From Reyranella sp. (lineage in GTDB: Bacteria; Pseudomonadota; Alphaproteobacteria; Reyranellales; Reyranellaceae): a stretch of 32,000 nucleotides of DNA. The notes below the pieces were generated by a model, which had not been told where the DNA came from, did no database searches, and saw only the letters and a list, made by a program, of their open reading frames with translations. Of this stretch, positions 16,770-23,960 are shown in pieces. Numbering within the stretch: the stretch's first letter is position 1; every line of letters begins with the position of its first letter. Location: positions 3,957,281 to 3,989,280 of the forward strand of contig NZ_OZ245801.1 in NCBI RefSeq assembly GCF_965228225.1. Reading direction: 5' to 3'. The translations under genes and the position numbers were made by a program.

Positions 16770-17513
16770 GTGCACTTGGGGAATGTCAGTTTGATGTTTG
16801 GTTCTGCGTATTTCCTTGCAGGCGATTCGTTTCTCAAGAACACGGCTGTCGAGGATGCACTCCGGCCGCGGCTTGCGCCGTTCTTCTCGAACTGGATCGG
16901 CAGAAAGGAGATCAGAGTTCGGAGCGAGGAATCGCAATCGAACCTCACTGTATCGAAGCGCGTCGCCCTGTTGGAGAAACTGGTTCCAAGCAATGAGGAA
17001 GCAGGGCAGCAAGTCCTGATTGGAAGATCATCCGGCGGACGCGTGGCGTCTTTGTTTGCCATGCATCGGCCGGTTAAGGCGGTCATTTGCTTTGCTTACC
17101 CGTTCCGCCATCCGCGGAGTGTCCTGGAGCCGCTTCGCTTCAGCCACCTGGCCCATATCACGGTGCCGACGCTGATCTTCCAGGGGATGCGGGATAGTTA
17201 CGGAGCAATGGACATCACCGAGAACTACGCTCTTTCACCGGCTGTAACCGTAAGATTTGTAGACACCGACCACGATTTTGATTTGTCACCGTCCGAGTGG
17301 GACGTGGTTGCCCGGAAGGCAATGAAGTTCCTGGACAGCGTTGGGCAACGATTGCCGGCTGAGGGGTCGCGTTTCGACGAGGCCTTCTACCGGAGCACTC
17401 ATGCGGATGTGGCGGCGGCGATCGCCGCTGGGGAGTTCGTCTCCGGTGAACATCATTTCAACGTGAAGGGACGTAGTCAGGGGCGACGCTTCCGGCTTCT
17501 GGCCGACACTTGA
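16770..17513 (+). CDS. alpha/beta hydrolase (KANL3/Tex30-like family) with extra C-terminal module
   Basis: Core VLIGRSSGGRVASLF...CFAYPFRHP...VPTLIFQGMRDSYG...DTDHDF. Low GC and non-host codon usage (AGA, GTA, TTT). GTG start is uncertain and the usual N-terminal HGAG region is not evident. Confidence 0.7.
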   Translation: MHLGNVSLMFGSAYFLAGDSFLKNTAVEDALRPRLAPFFSNWIGRKEIRVRSEESQSNLTVSKRVALLEKLVPSNEEAGQQVLIGRSSGGRVASLFAMHRPVKAVICFAYPFRHPRSVLEPLRFSHLAHITVPTLIFQGMRDSYGAMDITENYALSPAVTVRFVDTDHDFDLSPSEWDVVARKAMKFLDSVGQRLPAEGSRFDEAFYRSTHADVAAAIAAGEFVSGEHHFNVKGRSQGRRFRLLADT

Positions 17514-17619
17514 GATTCTAGAATTTGGTCAAGGTCGGACGGTCGGCAGTGGTCCAGATGGTGCGTTCAGCACCATGGGGCGGCTGTTTCATCGGAAGCG
17601 TTGGGGTGCAAGCGGCGAC

Positions 17620-17643
17620 GCCGGGGCCCCGCAGGGCCCCGGC
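17620..17643. terminator. GC-rich hairpin between convergent genes (possible bidirectional terminator)
   Basis: Perfect 10-bp stem GCCGGGGCCC/GGGCCCCGGC with loop CGCA. No U-tract on either strand. Confidence 0.4.
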
Positions 17644-17654
17644 ACAGCGGCAGG

Positions 17655-19262
17655 TCAGAGACCGTGGTCCTCCCGCATCATCTCGGCGGCGCGTTCGCCG
17701 ATGACGGCGCAGGGGGCCTGGGTGTTGCCGGTGGTGACCCGCGGCATGATCGAGCCGTCGGCCACCCGCAGCCCGCTGACGCCGTAGACACGCAGCGTCG
17801 CGTCCACGACCGACATGTCGTCCCGCCCCATCCGGGCGGTGCCGCTCTGGTGCCAGTAGGTGACGGCGGCGTCGCGGATGTAGGCGTCGAGGTCCTCGCC
17901 CTTCACCTCGCCCGGCATGGCTTCGCCGGTGACGAAGGGACGGAAGGCCTGGGCGTTACCCAGGGCGCGGCAGAGCTCGATACAGGACGAGGCCGCCGTC
18001 ATGTCCCTGGCGTCCGACAGGAAGTTCGCGTCGATCGCCAGCGCCGCGGTCGGATCGGCGCTCTGCAGGCGCAGGCGTCCCCGGCTCTCGGGGTGGGCGA
18101 GGCCTGCGAACATCGTCCAGCCGTGGGCCGGCACGCCGCGCAGCGCCGTGCGTTCGCTCGGCACCGGGAACTCGACCTGGCAGAACAGCAGGTCGGGCGC
18201 GTCGAGGTCGGGCCGGCTCTTCCAGTACATCGTCGCCTCGCTGCCGCTGTTGCGGGGCGCCAGAGGCTCCGACAAGGCCCAGGTACAGCCGAAGGACACA
18301 TGGTCCTGTAGGTTGCGCCCGACCCCCGGCAGGTTCTGCACGAGCGGGATGCCGAAGCGCTCCAGCTGGCGACGCTCGCCGATCCCGGAATGCATCAGGA
18401 CCTTCGGCGTCTGGAGGGCGCCCAGCGACAGCACGACTTCCGTCCGCGCGCCGATGGTCATCGTCCGTCCGCCCTGCACGAGTTCGACCCCGGTCGCCCG
18501 CGTGCCCTGGAAGACGACCCGCTTCACGAGCGCGCCGGTGAGCACGGTCAGGTTCGGGCGATCGAGCCAGGGATGGACATAGGCGCGGTACAGCGACTGG
18601 CGGCGCCCGTCGCGCACCAGCATGTCGGTGATCGCCGCACCGCCCTCCTGCTCCATCATGCGCCCGTTGGGATGGTCGAACACGGGGATGTCGAGTTCGC
18701 GCGCGGCGTCGAGCATCGCGAGCGCGAGCGGGCTCGGCGAGGCAGCGGGCTGCACCCAGACCGGCCCTCCGGTGCCGCGATAGGCGGGGTCGGGATGGCC
18801 CTGCCAGTCCTCGATCCGGCGATAGAGGCCGAGCACGTTCTCGTAGCCCCAGCGCGGATCGCCTGCCTCCGACGCGAAGAACTCCCAGTCGCTCTTATGT
18901 CCCCGGGCCCAGACCATCACATTGATGCTCGACCCGCCGCCCAGCCCCTTGCCCATGGACATCGGGATCTCGCGGCCGTTGAGATGAGGGTTGGGTTCGG
19001 CCCGGAATCCCCAGTCGCGTTCGCCGCCGAGATTGGTGGGCCACAGGGCCGGGTTGAGGACGGCTTCGGCATCGTCGCTGCCGCCCGCCTCGAGCAGCAG
19101 GACCTGGACGTCGGCATTCTCGGCCAGCCGCCGCGCAATCACCGACCCGGAGGAGCCGGCGCCGCACACGATGAAGTCGTAGCCGGGCCGAAGCGCCGCC
19201 GTCAGCCGCGCCTGGTTCTCCCGCCCGCGCCGGACGGAGTCTGAAGCATCATAGTCGTTCAT
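17655..19262 (-). CDS. GMC family FAD-dependent oxidoreductase (choline-dehydrogenase-like)
   Basis: 535 aa. Has DFIVCGAGSSGSVIARRLAE (GxGxxG) and GMC signature GKGLGGGSSINVMVWARG. C-terminal active-site region includes YWHQSGTARMG. Confidence 0.92.
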   Translation of the reverse strand: MNDYDASDSVRRGRENQARLTAALRPGYDFIVCGAGSSGSVIARRLAENADVQVLLLEAGGSDDAEAVLNPALWPTNLGGERDWGFRAEPNPHLNGREIPMSMGKGLGGGSSINVMVWARGHKSDWEFFASEAGDPRWGYENVLGLYRRIEDWQGHPDPAYRGTGGPVWVQPAASPSPLALAMLDAARELDIPVFDHPNGRMMEQEGGAAITDMLVRDGRRQSLYRAYVHPWLDRPNLTVLTGALVKRVVFQGTRATGVELVQGGRTMTIGARTEVVLSLGALQTPKVLMHSGIGERRQLERFGIPLVQNLPGVGRNLQDHVSFGCTWALSEPLAPRNSGSEATMYWKSRPDLDAPDLLFCQVEFPVPSERTALRGVPAHGWTMFAGLAHPESRGRLRLQSADPTAALAIDANFLSDARDMTAASSCIELCRALGNAQAFRPFVTGEAMPGEVKGEDLDAYIRDAAVTYWHQSGTARMGRDDMSVVDATLRVYGVSGLRVADGSIMPRVTTGNTQAPCAVIGERAAEMMREDHGL

Positions 19263-19296
19263 GAGTCGGCTCCTGGGGTTAATATGTCTCGATATT

Positions 19297-19314
19297 TATT
19301 ATCGCGATATCATT
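19297..19314. promoter_or_regulatory. candidate MarR/OhrR operator, copy 1
   Basis: TATTATCGCGATATCATT with a perfect 10-bp palindrome TATCGCGATA (19300-19309). Lies 35 nt upstream of the GMC gene start. Confidence 0.45.
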
Positions 19315-19350
19315 CAGATGGTGTCGGCGGCCGACCTCGTCAACCGAAAC

Positions 19351-19368
19351 AATTATCGCGATATGATT
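19351..19368. promoter_or_regulatory. candidate MarR/OhrR operator, copy 2
   Basis: AATTATCGCGATATGATT with the same palindrome at 19354-19363 (16/18 identity to copy 1). Ends 49 nt upstream of the regulator GTG. Confidence 0.45.
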
Positions 19369-19417
19369 TTCCCGGCTAAACTCCGGGCGATGGTGCCGGC
19401 GAGGGCAGGAGGCGAAC

Positions 19418-19897
19418 GTGAAGAAGGCGAAGAACGGGACCGGCACGCCGGTCCCTCTCGAGGATCAGCTCTGCTACTCGATCTATTCGGCGAACATGGC
19501 GATCCAGCGCGCCTACAAACCCCTGCTCGACGGGCTGGGGCTGACCTATCCGCAGTATCTCGTGCTCAACGTTCTCTGGAGCGAAGACCGCCGGGCCGTC
19601 GGCGTCATCGCCGACCAGCTCGGGCTCGAGTCGAGCACGCTGACGCCGCTGCTGAAGCGCCTGGAAGAGGCCGGGCTGGTGCGCCGGACCCGCAATCCCG
19701 AGAACGAGCGGCAGGTGCTGGTGGAGCTCACCGAACCGGGCCGGGCCTTGCGCGCCCGGGCCGGCTGCCTGGGCGAGGCGCTGCTTTCGGTTTCCGGGGA
19801 GACCGCGCCGCGACTGGCGGCCCTCAACACCCATGTCCGCCGCCTGCGCGACGCAATCTATGCCAGGATCGGCGGCTGGAACCTGTCGGGCCGATAG
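19418..19897 (+). CDS. MarR family transcriptional regulator, OhrR-like
   Basis: GTG start with GCAGGAGG RBS. N-terminal LEDQLCYSIYSANMAIQRAYKPLLDGLGLTYPQYLVLNVLW and STLTPLLKRLEEAGLVRR closely follow the OhrR pattern, including the sensing Cys (C19). A second Cys is at position 117. Confidence 0.88.
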   Translation: MKKAKNGTGTPVPLEDQLCYSIYSANMAIQRAYKPLLDGLGLTYPQYLVLNVLWSEDRRAVGVIADQLGLESSTLTPLLKRLEEAGLVRRTRNPENERQVLVELTEPGRALRARAGCLGEALLSVSGETAPRLAALNTHVRRLRDAIYARIGGWNLSGR

Positions 19898-19915
19898 AAG
19901 CGTCCCGCTCCTCTC

Positions 19916-20695
19916 TCACGCGGTCGGAATCGTGCCGCCGTCGATGACGTACTCCGCGCCGGTGATGGTCGCGGCGCGATCCGAGGCCAGGAAGGCGATG
20001 AGATTCGCGACCTCCGCCGGGCTCGAGGGCCGGCCGATCGGAATGCCGCCCAGGGCCCGCATGACGATCTCCCGGCCGCCCGCGCTGTCGACCCCGGCGT
20101 CCAGTGCGATCCGTTCCGTGAGCCGGACGGCGGCTTCGGTCTCGATCCAGCCCGGCTGCACGCGCACGACGCGCACGCCCCGGGGCGAGACCTCCTTGGA
20201 CAGGCTCTTGCTGTAGGTGGACAGCGCCGCCTTGGCGGCGGCATAGGCCGTCGTCGACTCCGGCAGCGGCAGCCGGCTCTGGATCGAGCCGACATGAATG
20301 ACGACGCCGCGGCCGCGCTCGACCATCGCGGGTACGAGCGCGCGGTCCAGCCGCACGGCCGGCATCAGATTGAGCTCGAGCTCGCTCGTCCACTCGGCGT
20401 CGCCCAGCGCCGCGAAGCCGCCGGCCGGCGCCGAGGAACCGCCGAGCATGTGCACGAGGATATCGATGTCGCCCAGCCGCTCGCGCGCCGCCTCGGCCAG
20501 GTCGGCGCAGCCCTCGGCCGTGGTGAGATCCGCCGCGACGAACCCGGATACGGGCACCGCCTCGGGACGCGATCGCGCCGTCGTGAGGACACGCGCGCCG
20601 AGGTCCCGCAAGAGCGCGACCGTCGCTGCGCCGGCGCCGCGAGTGCCCGACGTCACCAGGGCGGTCCTGCCTTCGAGGTCGAGGAAGCCGCTCAT
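19916..20695 (-). CDS. SDR family oxidoreductase
   Basis: Internal start [25 protein letters not shown] and YAAAKAAL (YxxxK). ATGA overlap with the upstream SnoaL-like gene. Confidence 0.9.
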   Translation of the reverse strand: MSGFLDLEGRTALVTSGTRGAGAATVALLRDLGARVLTTARSRPEAVPVSGFVAADLTTAEGCADLAEAARERLGDIDILVHMLGGSSAPAGGFAALGDAEWTSELELNLMPAVRLDRALVPAMVERGRGVVIHVGSIQSRLPLPESTTAYAAAKAALSTYSKSLSKEVSPRGVRVVRVQPGWIETEAAVRLTERIALDAGVDSAGGREIVMRALGGIPIGRPSSPAEVANLIAFLASDRAATITGAEYVIDGGTIPTA

Positions 20696-21015
20696 GCGCC
20701 GATCCTCAACGCCGCGATCTTTCCCCCGGCGATCCGGAAGGCGAACGTCAGCATCGCCGGGCTGCCCGGAAAGCGCCCGGTCACCTGGGCGCGGACCACG
20801 GTCAGTGCCGCCTCCTCCGCGACCTCGCGCGGCTCGGCCACATGACCGTACTGCGCCTTGGCGGCGCGCCACCAGGCTGCGATGGCGTCATGCCCGACAT
20901 GTGTCCGTCCTTCATCCGTCACGACGCCATCGGGCGCGAAAGCGGAGAGCGGCGCGGCGTCGCCGCCGGCCTTGTCGGCTGCGAAGTAGGTTTCCAGGGG
21001 CGCTGGCAGCTTCAT
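20692..21015 (-). CDS. SnoaL-like / NTF2-fold protein
   Basis: Start [17 protein letters not shown] at 21015 with CAGGAGGAAAG RBS. About 107 aa. The pattern F..DGVV.DEG....G...I..WW is typical of SnoaL_2-type proteins. Confidence 0.7.
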   Translation of the reverse strand: MKLPAPLETYFAADKAGGDAAPLSAFAPDGVVTDEGRTHVGHDAIAAWWRAAKAQYGHVAEPREVAEEAALTVVRAQVTGRFPGSPAMLTFAFRIAGGKIAALRIGA

Positions 21016-21068
21016 GGTCTTTCCTCCTGAATGTGTCCCGTGGCCCACGATGTACGCGTGGACAGGCA

Positions 21069-21093
21069 TCCCGATAAGAAGGACAAATCGGGA
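21069..21093. promoter_or_regulatory. candidate LysR-type T-N11-A binding site
   Basis: TCCCGAT-N11-ATCGGGA, a perfect 7-bp inverted repeat with an 11-nt spacer. Lies in the 107-bp divergent region between the LysR gene and the SnoaL-SDR operon. Confidence 0.4.
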
Positions 21094-21122
21094 CGTCTTG
21101 TCCCGTAATTAAGGATAATGAT

Positions 21123-22037
21123 ATGTCGCGCCTGCTGCTCAATGAACTCGACGCCGTGGTCGCGATTGCCCGTGCGGGCTCGTTCCGCGCCGCCGCGCAG
21201 GGGCTCGGCATGTCGACGACGGGGCTGAGCAATGCCGTCGCGAAGCTGGAGGCGCGCGTGGGCGTGCGCCTGTTCAACCGGACGACGCGCAGCGTTTCCC
21301 TGACCGATGCCGGCCGCGCTTTCGTCGAACAGGTGAGTCCGGCCCTGCGCGACATCCATGGCGCCCTCGACGCCGCCCGCTCCCGGCAGGCCACCCCTTC
21401 CGGGACGCTGCGCATCAATGCCTTCGCCGCCGGCGCCCGTGAGATCATTTCCCCGCTCGTTCTGGCGTTTCTGCGCCGCCATCGGGAGGTGCACGTGGAT
21501 CTCGTGACCGAGGGCCGGCTGGTCGACATCGTCGCCGACGGATTCGATCTCGGCCTGCGCCGGGCCGACCTCGTGCCTGCCGACATGATCGCCGTGCCGC
21601 TCGGCCGGCCGCAGCGCCATGCCGTCGTTGCCTCGCCCGCCTACTTCGAGCGGCAGGGAAAGCCGGGCGTGCCGACGGATCTCGCGCGGCATTCCTGCAT
21701 CCGGACCCGTCTGCCCAACGGGGCGCTGTTCAGATGGCACTTCGAGAAGCGCGGCGAGACGGTCCAGATCGAGGTGACGGGTCCGATCACGCTGGACGAA
21801 GCGAGCCTCGCCCGCGTCGCCGTCCTGGACGGTCTCGGTATCGGCTACTTCCTCGAGCAGGATGTGCGCGACGACATCGAAGCCCGGCGCCTCATCCGTG
21901 TGCTCGACGACTGGACGCCGCCCATCGCCGATCTCTGCCTCTACTATCCCGGCCGGCGCAATCCATCGGCCGCTCTCAAGGCCTTCATCGCGCTGGCCCG
22001 CGAACTCGGCAGGAAGAAGGGGCGCGAAGCGGGCTGA
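21123..22037 (+). CDS. LysR family transcriptional regulator
   Basis: 304 aa. N-terminal w[51 protein letters not shown] plus a LysR substrate-binding-domain layout. Confidence 0.92.
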   Translation: MSRLLLNELDAVVAIARAGSFRAAAQGLGMSTTGLSNAVAKLEARVGVRLFNRTTRSVSLTDAGRAFVEQVSPALRDIHGALDAARSRQATPSGTLRINAFAAGAREIISPLVLAFLRRHREVHVDLVTEGRLVDIVADGFDLGLRRADLVPADMIAVPLGRPQRHAVVASPAYFERQGKPGVPTDLARHSCIRTRLPNGALFRWHFEKRGETVQIEVTGPITLDEASLARVAVLDGLGIGYFLEQDVRDDIEARRLIRVLDDWTPPIADLCLYYPGRRNPSAALKAFIALARELGRKKGREAG

Positions 22038-22163
22038 TCGTCCGCATTAAACCAAGGTATGGGCCGGCCACCCGAACGCTCAGGACCGACAACCTTACGG
22101 GCGATGCACATCCGATCGCCGAACGCGGTACGCAGCGTCAACCTGATATCGGGAGGCTGCAGC

Positions 22164-23141
22164 ATGTGTCTGGAACATCTCCGTCGCTTCGGGCGCAAGA
22201 CGGGGGCCATGCAGGTCGCAGCGCTCGCCCTTGCCTGCGCGATCGCCATGACAGGCCCAGCCCGCGCGCAAGCGCCGGGCCCACGATTCGCGGAGTCAAA
22301 CGAAGCTCCGATGCCCGTCGTCACGGCGTCGGCGGCCCTGCGAACCGTGCCAGTCTATCTGAAGAGCGTCGGCACGGCCGTCGCCAGCAGGACCACCGTC
22401 GTTCGCAGCGCGGTCGACGGCAAACTCACGGAGATCGACTTCACGGCGGGTCAACGGGTGGTGGCGGGTGATCTTCTCGCGCGGGTCGAGGCGCGCGCCG
22501 ATCAGGCTCGGGGGGAGCCGGACGCCACCGAAATTCGCGCGCCCGCGTCGGGCATGGTGGGAGGAGCGCTCCGGCATGTCGGAGACAGGGTTTCTCCCGG
22601 GGACGAGACAGGCATCGTCACCATCAGCCGCACCGATCCCATTTCCGTCGTCTTCGCCCTGCCGGAGGCGATGCTTCGCGCAGTCCGGGAGAGGCTGCTC
22701 CAGGGCAGCCTTCCGGTGAAGGCCTATGATCACGACAAGGTCCATGCCCTGGCCGTAGGTCACCTGCGGCGCGGTGAGCAGGAGTCCCAACAGGGGACGG
22801 ATAAAGGTGAACTGGTGGCCACGTTCGAGAATGCGGATCGCGCATTGTCCCCCGGCATGCGCGTCGACGTGCTGGTTCCCGCACATGCGACACGCACCGC
22901 CCTTGCCATACCCCTGGCCGCGGTGCGGCGTTCCTCCGCGGGCTACTACACCTACATGGTCACGAGGCACGCAACGGCTCACGTCCGACCGCTCACCCTG
23001 GGAATCGTCACCGGTGATTTCGTGGTCGTCCGCGAAGGACTGCGGCCCGGCGACGTGATCGTGACGGACGGCCAGGAACAACTGACCGAAGGAAGCCACG
23101 TCGCGATCGTCGAGGGTCCGTCACCCAGACCATCGGAGTGA
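22164..23141 (+). CDS. efflux RND-type periplasmic adaptor (MFP/HlyD family) subunit, alpha-hairpin-less
   Basis: ATG 22164 with GGGAGG 7 nt upstream. Signal peptide ...ALACAIAMTGPARA. Lipoyl and beta-barrel motifs are present (VDGKLTEIDFTAGQRVVAGDLLARVE; EIRAPASGMVGG; FENADRALSPGMRVDV). Confidence 0.75.
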   Translation: MCLEHLRRFGRKTGAMQVAALALACAIAMTGPARAQAPGPRFAESNEAPMPVVTASAALRTVPVYLKSVGTAVASRTTVVRSAVDGKLTEIDFTAGQRVVAGDLLARVEARADQARGEPDATEIRAPASGMVGGALRHVGDRVSPGDETGIVTISRTDPISVVFALPEAMLRAVRERLLQGSLPVKAYDHDKVHALAVGHLRRGEQESQQGTDKGELVATFENADRALSPGMRVDVLVPAHATRTALAIPLAAVRRSSAGYYTYMVTRHATAHVRPLTLGIVTGDFVVVREGLRPGDVIVTDGQEQLTEGSHVAIVEGPSPRPSE

Positions 23142-23326
23142 CCAACGGGCTGCCCGTTCAGGAGCGCTTTTGCGCTTCTTGATCGGGGGCGCGTGACCTA
23201 GACTCGTTCCACTACGTTGCAAGCGGTTCACCCGGCAGGGGCCCGAGCGTTCTCGAGGGCAGCGATCGCTCTTCGATCCTCAGCGAAACCCACGCCTTCG
23301 GCGGGGCAACAGCAAAGGGCACCCTC

Positions 23327-23956
23327 GTGGCTCCGACATTCCTCAACCACTTCTTCTACGAGTTCGTCACCCTGATCGTGATCCTCGATCCGGTGGCCAC
23401 CGTGCCGATCTTCCTGATGGTCACCGCCGGGCTGCCGCGGCGACAGGCGCTGCTGGTCGCGGCCTATGCGGTGGGAGTCGCGTTCCTGATCATGCTCTTC
23501 TTCATCCTGGTCGGCCGGCCACTTCTCTCGGCGCTCCACATACCGATGGCGTCGTTCCAGCTTGCGGGTTCGCTGATCCTGTTGCTGTTCGGGCTGAAGA
23601 TGGTGCTGGGCAAGGTGACCGAGGAAGCCGCCTCCCTGCCGCCGGATGCGACTCCGCTGCAACGCGCCGTCTTTCCCCTCGCCGTTCCCGGAATCGCCGG
23701 CGCGGGGGCAATCCTCACGGTCGTGCTGCTGACCGACAACACTGTGCGCTCGTTCGGCGAGCAGGTCACGACGACGGCGATCCTGGCCCTCTGCCTCTCG
23801 CTTCTCTTCGTGTCCTATGCGTTGGCAGGAACCCTCGTCCGCCTGCTCGGCAAACCCGGCATCGAGATCGTGAGCCGGGTCTTCGGCCTCATCCTGTCGA
23901 GCATCGCCGTCACCGGACTGGTGATCGCCATCAAGCTGAGCTTCGGTCTCGGCTGA
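23327..23956 (+). CDS. MarC family (UPF0056) integral membrane protein
   Basis: 209 aa, GTG start. N-terminal FVTLIVILDPVATVPIFL and multiple TM helices are typical of MarC/YhgN proteins. Confidence 0.85.
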   Translation: MAPTFLNHFFYEFVTLIVILDPVATVPIFLMVTAGLPRRQALLVAAYAVGVAFLIMLFFILVGRPLLSALHIPMASFQLAGSLILLLFGLKMVLGKVTEEAASLPPDATPLQRAVFPLAVPGIAGAGAILTVVLLTDNTVRSFGEQVTTTAILALCLSLLFVSYALAGTLVRLLGKPGIEIVSRVFGLILSSIAVTGLVIAIKLSFGLG

Positions 23957-23960
23957 AGGC

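Noticed and set aside
16670-16996. ORF 16670..16996 (+, 108 aa) and antisense ORFs 16725..17012 and 16754..17086 inside the tRNA-adjacent islet, considered as integrase or toxin remnants
   Set aside because: No recognisable motifs are present. These ORFs overlap the hydrolase gene in other frames and cannot be supported as coding or as pseudogene fragments from sequence alone.
17515-17524. Perfect palindrome ATTCTAGAAT right after the islet hydrolase stop, considered as an islet boundary or att remnant
   Set aside because: It shows no similarity to the tRNA-Arg 3' end, and I found no second copy in the window. A 10-bp palindrome alone does not define an integration boundary.
22164-23141. Annotating the hairpin-less MFP adaptor as a pseudogene
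   Set aside because: The reading frame is intact with signal peptide, RBS and all other domains. Loss of function cannot be asserted without comparative or expression data.
23144-23177. Two small tandem hairpins (AACGGG-CTG-CCCGTT and GAGCGC-TTTT-GCGCTT) after the MFP gene as a rho-independent terminator
   Set aside because: The stems are only 5-6 bp and are followed by just TCTT. This is too weak to call, although it could contribute to termination.
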